DNA of 64,000 nucleotides from Eledone cirrhosa (GCA_964016885.1 OZ024753.1:10416001-10480000), one strand, 5' to 3'; counted from the first letter of the stretch, positions 41,524 through 55,635 are shown. The notes: a model not told the origin generated them from the letters alone. A program made the numbers and translations.

Positions 41524-41921
41524 ATACAATAACAGAGATAGTTTAAAGCTAAACTCTGACTGGTAACCATCTCACTCAACAAACATTAGGTTATATTAAA
41601 ATATAAACCCAATTTAAGTGTTTGGGGTGCTAACAATATGTATAATGTGGAAAAACCAGTTGTATTATTTTATGAGATATAATTAAAGTTAAAGTATATC
41701 TCTCTTTCCAAACAATTGTTTCATTATAAGTTTTCTACAAGTTTGGGAGAATGTTTCCTGTTTATGTAGAAGCCTAATATATATTCATGTAAGAATATAT
41801 TTAGGTGGGCACTTATAAATCGTCAGTGGAAGCCCATTAAACATTGATATAAGAAAACAATTTCTTACCGCTGTCAAAAATCATGTTCGTAAAGTTGGTC
41901 TCTCTCACCTCGAATGACCGC

Positions 41922-41982
<61 letters not shown>

Positions 41983-41985
41983 CGA

Positions 41986-42016
<31 letters not shown>

Positions 42017-42018
<2 letters not shown>

Positions 42019-42301
42019 ACGAAGGAGTGTGGTAAGGAACCAGATGGACCATAACGCACCAGAGTACTCAATACTTAGGGTAGTAGAGTGGGTACTCAAT
42101 ACTTAGGGTAGTAGAGCCGTTTCGACGGCTATTTCTGGACTCAGAAATAGCCGTCGAATCGGCTTGAGTTATGCCGTCGAGGTGAAACATTTTCCTATAT
42201 ATATATATATATAGGAAAATGTTTAACCCCGACAGCAGAGCTCAAGCCGTTTCGACGGCTATTTCTGGACTCAGAAATAGCCGTCGAAACGGCTTGAGCT
42301 C
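42017..42301 (-). mobile_element. Two adjacent family C fold-back units
   Basis: gccgtttcgacggctatttctggactcagaaatagccgtcgaa occurs twice. Confidence 0.75.
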
Positions 42302-42605
42302 TTGTACAAGATTAAGCATGAAAAACGTGTATAATTTTAGATATAAAACCACTGAGGTTATTTACATTTATGAGGTACTCTGAAGAGGTTTTGAGACTTT
42401 TATCAGATAAACATTTATTTAACTTAGATCAACACTAAACTCTAGTCTCACTCAAAGTAGAATACTCCAACTTCAATGCAGTTGTTGAAGTGGTCCAGCC
42501 ACTTGTAAGTTAGAGCTGGTATATTTAAAGTAGATGGTACAGTATAAAACATTTAATTAGGAATATATATGTGATGAGAAATGATGAAACGAGTTCTCTC
42601 TCTCC

Positions 42606-42731
<126 letters not shown>

Positions 42732-42793
42732 ATAATACACCCGTTAAGGGTGAAAGCAGCGATTCTTTGCTTAAACTTTAATCTGTTATTTTA

Positions 42794-42864
<71 letters not shown>

Positions 42865-43231
42865 AACACACTTCCGCATACATACATTGTCACACATAGA
42901 ACCCCAGAATATTCTCTCTGTTACATGAGAGGAGATATCAACTACTATCTGAACAGCTGCTTTATCTCGTTTAATTAGACCAGAATTACGATGTGAAAGG
43001 GATGTTAGACGATGTCAAACGATATCAAACGATATCAGACGATATCAGACTCTAGAGTGAAGAGTCATCATTAACCCGTGGCCTCTCACACCATCCGAAA
43101 CATATTATTGCTGATCTTATCAAACTGTTAAACGTCACGTCCAACGACGTCTTAACTGACAGTCGAACGTGTCTGCCTGCCTGCCTGTCTGTGTGTCTGT
43201 CTGTGTGGGTGTGTGTGTGTCTGTGTATCTG

Positions 43232-43266
<35 letters not shown>

Positions 43267-43400
43267 CTGTGTGTGGGTGTGTGTCTGTGTGTCTGTCTGT
43301 GTGTCTCTCTGGCAGTCCTCCCTCTCATTCGACAGTGACAGAGCTACTGCACCATAATGTCCAAATATTCAATAATGTATCTTGTATTAATTGGAATGAA

Positions 43401-43560
<160 letters not shown>

Positions 43561-43815
43561 GTATATATATATATGTATATATATGTATATATATATATGT
43601 ATATATATATGTATATATATATATGTATATATATATATGTATATATATGTATATATATATATGTATATATATATGTATATATATATATATGTATATATAT
43701 ATATGTATATATATATATATGTATATATATATATGTATATATATACATATGTATATATATATATATGTATGTATATGTATATGTATATATGTATATGTAT
43801 GTATATGTATACATG

Positions 43816-43848
<33 letters not shown>

Positions 43849-43873
43849 ATATGTATATGTATATATATATATG

Positions 43874-43919
43874 ATATATATATACATATACATATATATA
43901 TATATATATATGTGAGTGT

Positions 43920-43985
<66 letters not shown>

Positions 43986-44031
43986 GTATATACGTGTTTA
44001 TATGCATATACATACATATATGTTATATATA
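43874..44031 (+). repeat. Left copy of ~155-bp direct repeat flanking the PLE
   Basis: tatacatatacat..tgtgagtgtgttta(ta)n aatgtatatacgtgtttatatgcatatacatacatatatgttatata recurs at 46452-46601. Confidence 0.85.
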
Positions 44032-45623
44032 TGTATATCTACTCGAAAGTCACAGGGACCTCCTCGACTCTAATCGAGGAAGGCATTAACACCATATGGA
44101 CTAACATCTGTGTCCAACGAAAACTGCCAAAGAAGGTAAAAAACAACATAATGACTCGAAACAGCAAATTACCCACCTTCTACCACCTGGTCAAAACACA
44201 TAAACAAGGACCCGATTTGAAAATCAGGCCCATTGTCTCTAGCGTGGAGGGCCCACTCTATAAAATATCGTGGCTGCTCTCCACACTACTGAAACCTTTT
44301 CTACACACACTACCAGCCCACGTCTGCAGCTCAATGGAAGTCTTGGAGCGACTACACCATCTGGCGCCCAACACCAGAAAGGACAACGGTTATGCCTTCA
44401 GTCTTGATGTGGTCTCCCTTTATACCTCCGTACCAGCATCCCCAGCTGTCGACCTGTTGACCGAACGAGTCCGAGCATCTAACCTACACTGCTTCGGACT
44501 CACACACACGGACATCCACCAACTCCTCTCCTTCGTTGTGGATAATGCACTCTTCAATTTCCTCGGCCACACGTACAAACAAATCTCTGGGCTACCTATG
44601 GGCTCTAGTCTGTCCGGCATACTTGCGATCTCGTACATGGACCACCTGGAACGCAAGGCACTCAATACCTGCCAACCCAACGCCGTCGCCTTCTACTCCA
44701 GATACGTTGATGATATCCTGATACTTACTTCTTCCCGGGAGATGGCGAATGAAATTCACCAAATCTTCAACGATATTGACCAACACATCGATTTCACCAT
44801 CGAACACCCGGGAGAAGACGGGTCACTCGCCCTCCTCGACTTCCGTATCAACATCTCGGAACAAGGAGACATAAACACCACTTTCTACCGCAAAGCAGCG
44901 TGCAAGGACCTATTTGTGCATTATAACTCAGCCCTCCCCAACAACGCTAAGAGAGGCTATGTCCTAAATGAACTGACACGGATCACTAACAGATGCAGCG
45001 ACCCGATGGGTGGTCTCACCCATACCACGCAATTCCGTAATCTACTCAGATCTAATGGTTATCCCAAGCGACTGATTAACGGAATTAGAGACCCCAGACC
45101 CAGTAGACCTACACCCACTAGAAAACTTAATATTAGCAGGTGCTTCTTTAAAATCCCCCACCTGAGTGAATATACCACGAACGCCATCCGCAGGGCCATA
45201 CGTACGGAGGGACTTGACATACATTTGGCTCACACAGGACCTTCGCTGCGAAGATGCCTCTCCAACAAACCCTACGAGGCAGATAGGACTTGTTCCCTCA
45301 GCAACTGCCCGATACGGGGGGCAGATTGCCTACGCACCTATGTCGTATATAAGATTCAATGCGATAAATGTAACAAGTTTTACATAGGTAGCACCATCCG
45401 ACCCCTACATGTTCGTATCAAGGAACATATCAACACCAACGCATCTTCCTTCCGTAAACATATCCTCAAATGCGGAAACCCACAGGGTAGACCCTTGGTC
45501 ACAGTCCTAGCGACTGAACGCAGCATCGGATCCTTAAGGATAAAGGAAGCACTTGTTATTAAGAACCTCAGACCCCCACTTAACAACCGGGCTGAGAGAA
45601 ATGAGCTGACATGGCTAATTTAA
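44031..45623 (+). CDS. Penelope-like element polyprotein (reverse transcriptase + C-terminal GIY-YIG endonuclease), 5'-truncated
   Basis: 530-aa ORF with RT motifs [48 protein letters not shown]; Cys linker [13 protein letters not shown]; [28 protein letters not shown] and N near the C-terminus. The start Met lies in the (TA)n flank, so the true N-terminus is missing. Confidence 0.95.
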   Translation: MYIYSKVTGTSSTLIEEGINTIWTNICVQRKLPKKVKNNIMTRNSKLPTFYHLVKTHKQGPDLKIRPIVSSVEGPLYKISWLLSTLLKPFLHTLPAHVCSSMEVLERLHHLAPNTRKDNGYAFSLDVVSLYTSVPASPAVDLLTERVRASNLHCFGLTHTDIHQLLSFVVDNALFNFLGHTYKQISGLPMGSSLSGILAISYMDHLERKALNTCQPNAVAFYSRYVDDILILTSSREMANEIHQIFNDIDQHIDFTIEHPGEDGSLALLDFRINISEQGDINTTFYRKAACKDLFVHYNSALPNNAKRGYVLNELTRITNRCSDPMGGLTHTTQFRNLLRSNGYPKRLINGIRDPRPSRPTPTRKLNISRCFFKIPHLSEYTTNAIRRAIRTEGLDIHLAHTGPSLRRCLSNKPYEADRTCSLSNCPIRGADCLRTYVVYKIQCDKCNKFYIGSTIRPLHVRIKEHINTNASSFRKHILKCGNPQGRPLVTVLATERSIGSLRIKEALVIKNLRPPLNNRAERNELTWLI

Positions 45624-46420
45624 CCATAATGACCATTCACAGCCTACGGCCTGCTATATTCACACACACGCACGTATATGCATACCCATACGCATGCACA
45701 CACACTTCTATATTTTACACGCACACATGTTTTTACAACCTACCACCTTTCACACCCTTTGATTTCCAGCTTCTACAGCCCACTATCTTTCACACACAAA
45801 CGCACTCACACATATACATACACAGTTACACACACACATGTATACCCATACGCTTACACACACACACTTCTATATTTATACACGCACACATATTTTACAA
45901 CCTACCACCTTTCACACCCTTTGATTTCCAACTTCTACAGCCCACTATCTTTCACACACACACACACTCACACATATACACACTTACACTTATACACACA
46001 CAGTCACACACACATATATATTTACATACACATATCTTAAGGCTTTCACACGCTAACGCACCCTCTTGATTTAACCCATTTGGTCAGTAGCTTTTGCCAC
46101 AGCTTATCACGCGCACGCGCATTCTCTCCCTCGTTTAAATTTTAAATATTTTTCTCCCCATAACGGCATTCCTGTCTTAACGACATCACCACTTTCTCCG
46201 CTTGGCCTGTTTTTCCCCCCTTTTGGAACTTTTCCCCCGTTGATGGGCGTGAGCCCGAAATATTGGGATTAAAATCTCTACTACGGTAACCCTTCTACCT
46301 TTGTTTTGTTTTCATCTTTGTCTCTCTCAACTTTCACTTTCACCTGTTTTTCCTATCTATATTTCACTTCCTACCTCGAGATTTCCCTTTGCATTGTTGT
46401 GGCTTTCTTAAATACGTATT
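44032..46420 (+). mobile_element. Penelope-like retroelement copy (ORF + ~800-bp 3' region with hammerhead)
   Basis: Unique sequence between two (TA)-rich direct repeats. The 3' region has a ~162-bp internal duplication (45661-45960) and an HHR-like fold at 46233-46268. Confidence 0.9.
46233..46268 (+). ncRNA. Variant minimal hammerhead ribozyme in PLE 3' region
   Basis: tccc CCGTTGA t gggc-gtga-gccc GAAA ta TT ggga: stems I and II pair, stem III is the ATAT palindrome, core differs from CUGAUGA at two positions. Confidence 0.6.
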
Positions 46421-46433
46421 TTTATATATATAC

Positions 46434-46451
<18 letters not shown>

Positions 46452-46479
<28 letters not shown>

Positions 46480-46496
46480 ATATATGTGAGTGTGTT

Positions 46497-46555
<59 letters not shown>

Positions 46556-46601
46556 GTATATACGTGTTTATATGCATATACATACATATATGTTATATAT
46601 A
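46452..46601 (+). repeat. Right copy of ~155-bp direct repeat flanking the PLE
   Basis: Near-identical to 43874-44031. Confidence 0.85.
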
Positions 46602-47182
46602 TATATATATATACCATATATATAATAAATTTATTAATTGAGAAAGTTACAAAGATAGATAGAAAGCGAGAGAGAGTGAATGAGAGAGAGATAGAAAGAG
46701 AGCGCGAGAGAGACAAGAGAGACAGGGAGAGAGAGAGATAGAGAGAGAGAGAGAAAGAGAGAGAAAGAGAGAGAAAGAGAGAGAAAGAGAGAGAAAAATA
46801 TTAAACATTAAAAAAATATCTCAACAAAAACGAAATAAAATGAGACCATTAACGTGGAAGAGTCTAATGAGATTGTTGTAAGGGGGTGGTGGGAGGGGTG
46901 AAGGATGAGATCATACTTAGCATTGACCTAATGACACAAATCTAATTGAGTGGGTTGCTTCTACACCCATCCACCAGATATACTGCCTACACGCCCCCCC
47001 CCCTCTCACATACACCACAACCTCAAGGTTTAGTTAGACAGGTTGGCCGCCAGGGAGGGAAACGGCAGGGTTTTCGACTTCAGTAAATGACGGAAGAATA
47101 TATTGTGAAATATATCAAGTTGTGTGGAACCGACATCGCACCTCAGATACACACATATATACACATATATATAAACATACAT

Positions 47183-47256
<74 letters not shown>

Positions 47257-47519
47257 CGGCGCTGAATTAGTTTTGCGAGGTTTTTGATATGAAATCGTGT
47301 GTCGAAACAAATATTATGCCGAGGTTAACTTTGCCTTTCATCCTTACGGGGTCGATAAAATAAAGTACCAGTAATGCACTGGGTAATTTCTGGCCTTGTG
47401 CCAAAAGTAGAAACAATTATTATATTTGGGGAGGGTCATATTTGTGTAATAATATTGCCAGAATTAATAATAGAACATACTAACTGTTTGGTTGCAGAAT
47501 TAATAATAGAACATACTCA

Positions 47520-47559
47520 CTGACGATGTTGCAGATGTGCGACGAAAGAACTTTGTTAG
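47520..47559 (+). ncRNA. Hammerhead ribozyme, family E-related (5' strand of stem I lost at inversion junction)
   Basis: CTGACGA t gttgca-gatg-tgcgac GAAA gaac TT tgttag. Stem II covaries with gtcaca/tgtgac. Confidence 0.65.
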
Positions 47560-47652
47560 ACTATATATATGTGTTTGTGTCTATCTTGTGATACAGAAGC
47601 GAAAACCAACGAAACAGTGAGTGTGTTCTATTATTAATTCTGGCATTAATTA

Positions 47653-47882
47653 GGGCGGTGGATTGGCAGTATCGGTAGAGGGTCGGACGCCATGTTAGGG
47701 TGGTGGATTGGCAGTATCGGTAGAGGGTCGGACGCCATGCTTTCCAGCATAGTTACGTCCCTTTACGATCTGAGTTCAAATCCCGCTGAGGTTGACTTTG
47801 CCTTTCATCCTTACGGGGTCGATAAAATATAGTACCAGTAATGCACTGGGTATTTGCTGGCCTTGTGCCTAAATAGAAACAA
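47653..47882 (+). mobile_element. tRNA-derived SINE with duplicated 5' head
   Basis: Head ggtggattggcagtatcggtagagggtcggacgccatg occurs twice; inserted in a family E element. A 3' half copy lies at 47318-47417. Confidence 0.88.
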
Positions 47883-47931
47883 TTATTAATTCTAGCAATA
47901 TTATTACACAAATATGACCCTCCCCAAGTAT

Positions 47932-47977
<46 letters not shown>

Positions 47978-48019
47978 GTGTGTATGTATGTATATATATA
48001 TGTGTGTATGTGTGTGTGT

Positions 48020-48259
48020 TAAGTATTTCCGAAGAAAAAGCAAAAGGGAAAAGAGTGCTCTATGTATAAAACAGAGCTATTTAATTAGAAGTGAACAACA
48101 CACTATATAACTACTCCATTTCTAAAGGTTTCAGGGCTCTAGACAATATTAACATACGTCTAGTTCGTTCATCAGACAGATGAATGAACATATGTTTATA
48201 ATGTCTAGGGCCCTGAAACCTTTAGGAATGGAGTAGTTATATAGTGTGTTGTTCACTTT

Positions 48260-48265
<6 letters not shown>
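48020..48265. mobile_element. Fold-back element with degenerate HHR
   Basis: Arms ~48084-48158 / 48188-48263; CTGATGA on the minus strand near the turn. Confidence 0.65.
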
Positions 48266-48290
<25 letters not shown>

Positions 48291-48476
48291 CGTTATTCCG
48301 GGTTGAATCGGAGGTAACCACAGTAAGTAAGGTACTCAATACATTGCAGAGTATAAAAGTTTTATTATAGATGAGATTCTACAGGACTAGAACTGTTTCA
48401 TTCTTTAGAAATTTGATTCCTGATGATTTCTAAAGAATGAAACAGTTCTAGTCCTGTAGAATCTCATCTATATTAA

Positions 48477-48481
<5 letters not shown>
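48291..48481. mobile_element. Fold-back HHR element, family B
   Basis: Other copies or fragments at 21600-21685, 30613-30812, 31125-31330, 35338-35393, 41341-41475. Confidence 0.8.
48415..48463 (+). ncRNA. Type I hammerhead ribozyme (family B)
   Basis: gattc CTGATGA tttc-taaa-gaat GAAA cag-ttctagtc-ctg TA gaatc. Confidence 0.82.
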
Positions 48482-48542
<61 letters not shown>

Positions 48543-48612
48543 CAAAATGTTTGACTCCGACGACAGAGCTCAAGCCGTATGTTTATATTTGTGTTTATCT
48601 CTCTTGTATATT

Positions 48613-48670
<58 letters not shown>

Positions 48671-48672
48671 GA

Positions 48673-48736
<64 letters not shown>

Positions 48737-48913
48737 GAGTATATATATATATTATATATATGAGAACTCGGTAAAAACCAGTTAGACCATTACTCACCAG
48801 AATAGTCGATAAATGGTGTAGTAGAGTGGGTAATATGAAAAATATGTTTTACTACATGTGTGTGTGTGTATGTGTTTATATATATATATATGTGTGTGTG
48901 TATATGTGTGTGC

Positions 48914-48967
<54 letters not shown>

Positions 48968-49121
48968 CAAAGAGGGTGTAGTTAGATACCAGGTGAACCA
49001 TAACAGAACCGAGTTCAGATCTAGCTGTGGAAACGGCAGGAGCTCAGCCGTCGGGGTACCAACATTTTTCATATACGCATATGTACACACATACGCACAC
49101 ACACATGTGTAAAACTATGTA

Positions 49122-49199
<78 letters not shown>

Positions 49200-49338
49200 A
49201 AGGTTCAAACAAGGATCAATGTATAAATCAAAGAATGAGTTTTACAATAGATTGGAAGCACTCAACAGTTATGGTTTTCCAGAGTTATTAATATTAATTC
49301 AAAATATTAACAAAAATAGACATTCGTGTGATCAAGTA

Positions 49339-49405
49339 TATTTTATTATACATATTTCAGAGGTATTGAGCTATCTTCAACTGTACGTCCTCATCAGATA
49401 AAATA
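49339..49405 (-). ncRNA. Type I hammerhead ribozyme (family A-like)
   Basis: rc: tattttat CTGATGA ggacgtacagttga..tcaatacctct GAAA tatgta TA ataaaata. Confidence 0.8.
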
Positions 49406-50169
49406 AGATGATGCATAACATACCCTGACATAGTAGATGGTTAAGATTCAGTCATGGTAGTGAATATGATGTCCCACGACTCAATATTTATATACCTTAA
49501 GATTGAGACATGAAAAAACTTACATATAATACAGAGGGTGCGTGTGAGAAAGCTTAAAAATACATAATAGCAATTTACATAACTGTTAGAGATTCAAATA
49601 ATTTAAATTATTGAAGAAAGAAGAAAGAAAGAAGAAAGACAGAGAGAAACAGATGAGGAAAAAATATAGTTACTAGAAGTATAGAAAGCAAAAGAGAATT
49701 GATCAAGGATAGAGAGACAAAGGGGAATAATTTTTATAGTATAAAGCATAGATAAATACAGGAATATACATTTGGGCATAGCTTTGTGAAAGAGTAAACT
49801 CGATTCTTTGGATTATCTAGAAGTATCCATCTATCTAAATATTAAATATATCTGGGTGTAATTATATGAGGGTTTAATTTCGAGTCCTCAATTAATAAGA
49901 AATATGCTAACAATTATTTATACACCATATATATCCAAACTTATCCGGCTGACCGTTAAATTTCAAATTCCTTATGTTAGTTCAGAATAATGGATATAAT
50001 AACAAAAGGTATAATATTTCGGGCTATAAAATTTTATAAATGTCTATATTAATATTAAAGTATACTAACATATTTAATTTATAAAATCATATTTAAAGTA
50101 TTTTCAAACATGAGAAAGAAACTTAGTATTTTCATCCACACGAAGGTAAACCATATTAAATTATATTAT

Positions 50170-50277
50170 CAAATCCCGCCGAGGTTGACTTTGCCTTTCA
50201 TCCTTACGGGGTCGATAAAATAAAGTACCAGTAATGCACTGGGTAATTGCTGGCTTTGTGCCTAAAGTAGAAACAAT
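50170..50277 (+). mobile_element. 5'-truncated SINE
   Basis: 3' half of the same SINE. Confidence 0.85.
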
Positions 50278-51745
50278 TATCTTATATTATTTTCCCATAC
50301 TAAAATAATTCTCACTATATAATTTAGAAAGTAATTACAGTTATAACTTTAAAAATTTAAAATTAACAATTAGAATGCCCTAAAGCATCTAAAGGCCTTA
50401 TAATTAAACTTAAAAAAAGTTATTATTAAATTTGATATATGCATTTGTCCAAATATATATAAAGACTATATTGTCTAAAGTTCAAGACGATATTAATCAG
50501 TTATACATAACACAATATCATATAATAGAATAAATAAGTTACTGTTAATATTGTTTCAATTAAGGTTTTAGATCAATTATTGTATCTTAGGATCATGTAA
50601 TACATATATACTATAAACATTTCATGAATCATAAGGATACGAACCAGATTCAAAATACATAAGTAAATTGTTTGCGATCCTATAATGCCAAATATTTAAG
50701 CTATATAATTTAAAATACAAGAACATTTTTAAGGATCTATATAGTAGTATAGTATCATATTTAAAGTGTCTGCAAACATGAGAAAGAGAAAACTTAAGAT
50801 ATTCATCGACCCGAAGGTAACCCGAATTTAATTAAATTAAAAAATAATAATCGTTATATAATTTAGAAAATATTTAACAATTATAACACTAGAATGTCCT
50901 TAAGTATCTAGAGTACTTATAAATGTAGCTAGAAGCCTGTTATTAAACCAGATATTCACACTTGTCCAAACACATACAGAGTATTCTGTTCAGAACTCAA
51001 GACGATATTAGTGATCTATATACATTTAATAAATAAATAATAAAAACAATAAAAACATTGTTAGTAAAGTTATAATTGAAGTTTAACATCTAGTTTGTCG
51101 ACTAGGATCGTATACGACGCATATACCATACATATATATAAACAAATATAAATATATAAATCAAACATCTTGAATCTTAAAACTAACATACTCCAAAAGA
51201 ATAAATACATAAAAGCATGAATGGTTTACGGTTCATTACAACTGTCAACCATATAAGCTATATATTTAAAAAATACAAGAATCCCAAACAAATTAAATGT
51301 ATCAACACAATAAAAAAAATATGCATATTCATCAAGAGATCGTGTTAACAATCTATATGTTAATATATTTATATAGAACCCTTAATCTAACAATTATCAT
51401 ATCATAAATGAGTAAAAAAATTAATATAACATTTTACGCTCTCAGTTGATACGAGACGTCAAAAATTAGAACGTATTTATTTAGTGTTTTTTCCTGACTT
51501 TTTGCGAGGCTTGGAATGTAGAGGAAGCTTTATGAAGGCAATTTGAGAATAATTCATATATGTATATATATAGTAATAATAATAAATTTGAAGACTAAAA
51601 TCCAAAGAGGGCTCGATAAGGATAAATATATATCAAATATATAAGAACCGTAGAGCAAATATTTATTAAAATAACAAATTAAAGTTTAAGCAAAGAACCG
51701 TTAAGGGTGAAAGCAGAGATTCTTTGCTTAAACTTTAATCTGTTA

Positions 51746-51795
<50 letters not shown>

Positions 51796-52284
51796 TATAT
51801 ATACCACCTTCCTACATATCCCCCCCCCCCATTTCGTAAATGTATTATTAAAGATATCTTCAATTTTGATATCTGTTATCCTGCATCTGCAGATCGAACC
51901 ACTGACATCGATATGTCAGCATTAAGATTTTTAAACGAGTTGGCATATCTGGATATATAGTTTGAAGTACTTTTACACACATATCATTTCTGACTTTTGC
52001 TTTTCCTGCCCGCCGAAATGCGATTCTGGCTGAATCTTTATTTGTATTTGTATATATATATATAGTTTGTGTGTGTGTGTGTGTATTGATAGCTTTCAGT
52101 GTGGCACTGTTTCTTCCTCTCTTTCTCACTTTCTTTCTTACCCCCCCCCCCCCCCTCTATATATATATATATACACACACTCACACATATATATATATAT
52201 ATATACATACCTCATTGGGCATACATAAAACACATTTACCTAAACAGAACCTAAACTTGCCACAACAAAACATATACACAATTC

Positions 52285-52349
<65 letters not shown>

Positions 52350-52353
<4 letters not shown>

Positions 52354-52398
52354 GTACATAACTAGCTTTATAAAACCTTATCCAGAGCTTACACACAG

Positions 52399-52450
<52 letters not shown>

Positions 52451-52512
52451 CCATACGTACATAACTAGCTTTATAAAACCTTATCCAGAGCTTACACCCA
52501 GGCACACACATA

Positions 52513-52575
<63 letters not shown>

Positions 52576-52643
52576 ACACATACACACACACACACACACT
52601 TCCATACGTACATAACTAGCTTTATAAAACCTTATCCAGAGCT
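52350..52643. repeat. Three 45-bp units spaced by (CA)n
   Basis: catacgtacataactagctttataaaaccttatccagagct x3. Confidence 0.9.
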
Positions 52644-52919
52644 AACCAAGAACATCCATAAAAAGAAGAGTAGTAAAAATATTCTTCTCTACTTCATATA
52701 ATATAGTATTAATATTGCATGCAGGACTGGCTACCAAAATGGCTTTATTTGATATTTTTAGCTAACCTCTTAAGAGGAATTCTTCTGGAAGGGAATTGGA
52801 TTTGACGGTGAATAACTGCGTTTGATCCTAATTTGAAAGGATTTCATTCAATTAGGGAAAGGGGCATCTTCTACATCTATGTCTAATTAAATCCAAACTT
52901 CCAGTGTAAGAGAAATAAC

Positions 52920-53974
52920 ACTACAACTACTGCTACTACTACTACTGCTATTGCTACTATTGCTACTGTTACTACTGCTACTGTTACTACTGCTGCTGCT
53001 GCTGCTGCTACTACTACTGCTACTGCTGCTGCTGCTGTTGTTGCTACTACTGCTACTACTACTACTACTGCTACTGCTGCTATGGCTGCTATTACTACTG
53101 CTGCTGCTACTACTACTGCTACTACTGCTACTGTTGCTACTGCTACTACTGCTGCTGCTGCTACCACTGCTGCTATTACTACTGCTATTGCTGCTATTGC
53201 TACTACTACTGCTACTGCTGTTGTTGCTACTACTACTGCTACTACTACTATTGATGCTACTACTACTGCTACTACTGCTGTTGCTACTACTGCTACTACT
53301 ACTACTACTGCTACTGCTACCACTGCTGCTATTACTACTGCTATTGCTGCTATTGCTACTACTACTGCTACTGCTGTTGTTGCTACTACTACTGCTACTA
53401 CTACTATTGATGCTACTACTACTACTACTACTACTACTGCTGCTACTACTGCTGCTGCTGCTACTACTACTGCTACTACTGCTACTGCTGCTGCTGCTGT
53501 TACTACTGCTATTGCTGCTGCTACTCTGCTACTACTACTACTGCTACTGCTACTACTGTTACTACTGCTATTGCTGCTGCTACTACTACTGCTACTGCTG
53601 CTGTTGCTACTACTACTGCTTCTACTACTATTGATGCTACTACTACTACTACTACTACTGCTGCTACTACTGCTACTGCTACTACTGTTACTACTGCTGC
53701 TACTACTACTACTGCTGCTGCTACTGCTGCTGCTACTACTACTACTGCTACTGCTGCTACTACTGCTGTTTCTACTACTACTGGTACTACTACTAGTACT
53801 ACAGCTGCTACTACTGCTGCTGCTACTACTGCTGCTGCTACTACTACTGCTACTACTATTACTAGTACTGCTGTTACTACTACTACTGCTACTACTGTAC
53901 TACTACCGTTACTACTACTAGTACCGATGCTGCTACTACTGCTGCTACTACTACAACTACTACTACTGCTACTG

Positions 53975-54019
<45 letters not shown>

Positions 54020-54032
54020 ATACTGTTACTGT

Positions 54033-54076
<44 letters not shown>

Positions 54077-54077
54077 A
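52920..54077. repeat. (CTA/CTG)n trinucleotide low-complexity tract
   Basis: Direct inspection. Confidence 0.95.
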
Positions 54078-54146
54078 CTGACTTGAAGTCGCGTATTGCT
54101 CCTCGCTGATACACACACATACACATAGAGACACAAAAAAATACAT

Positions 54147-54220
<74 letters not shown>

Positions 54221-54243
54221 CTATATATATATATATCTATATA

Positions 54244-54274
<31 letters not shown>

Positions 54275-54513
54275 GTGTATATATCAATATGAATTTTCAT
54301 GGACATGCACGGAGATACACCCACACAGGCGCATACTCTGTTACAAATGCACACACATACATATATATATATACATATATATATATACAAATATGTATAT
54401 GTATATATATATATATATATATATGTGTATATATACATATATATATACAAATATGTATATGTATATATATAAATATATGTATATATACATATATATATAC
54501 AAATATGTATATG

Positions 54514-54547
<34 letters not shown>

Positions 54548-54567
54548 CAAATATGTATATGTATATG

Positions 54568-54601
<34 letters not shown>

Positions 54602-54630
54602 CAAATATGTATATGTATACACACACACAA

Positions 54631-54676
<46 letters not shown>

Positions 54677-54751
54677 TTTTATATATAACTATATATATAT
54701 ATATACACATATATATATATTTATATATATATAACTATATATTTATATATA

Positions 54752-54805
<54 letters not shown>

Positions 54806-55122
54806 TCTATATTTATATATATAGTTACATTCATATAAACACACATCATTATTATATCTATACACATACAGACACATACAAACACATACATACACATACA
54901 TATACATAATGATACACATGAACACATAAACACTCTCACACATATTTATTCCTACATACCTCACCATTTAATCAGTTAGTTTGTTGAGGGTGTTTAAGAC
55001 GAAACATTTCGGAAGTTATAACATATTGGCGCCGTCCATTTCGCTGGAAGCTGTTATATTAGATACATAAATATAAAAATATATAGACCATGTATGTGTA
55101 CATACTCATAATTGCAAGCAGT

Positions 55123-55153
<31 letters not shown>

Positions 55154-55187
55154 TTATATATTTATATATGTATATATTTATATATTA

Positions 55188-55262
<75 letters not shown>

Positions 55263-55316
55263 TGTATATATTGAGTTAGGAACTCAAAATAGTCTCTTAC
55301 AACAAAATAGCTCTAT

Positions 55317-55416
<100 letters not shown>

Positions 55417-55536
55417 CAAGGAGAGAACAGAGGTATAAAATGTCTTATTAGTTTCACGCTTTATATTGGAAAGAGGAAAGAAAGTTCGGCTTAAGCCCTT
55501 TTTCAGGAGTACAGAATAAGGACCCCCCCCCCCCAA

Positions 55537-55571
<35 letters not shown>

Positions 55572-55635
55572 AGTGCACCGATATCTGTAGCCTGACAAAC
55601 GATTGCGATACTCTTAGCAGAGTTTGCAGCCATCA

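Noticed and set aside
51860-52050. Possible host exon (89-aa minus-strand ORF); similar islands at 12900-13040, 20760-20940, 28340-28500, 34700-34880
   Set aside because: No recognisable domain or convincing splice pair; cannot be supported without transcript data.
52883-54666. Thr/Ala-rich mucin- or antifreeze-like and poly-Leu/Val ORFs
   Set aside because: Translations of a CTA/CTG trinucleotide tract; no signal peptide, splice evidence or non-repetitive domain.
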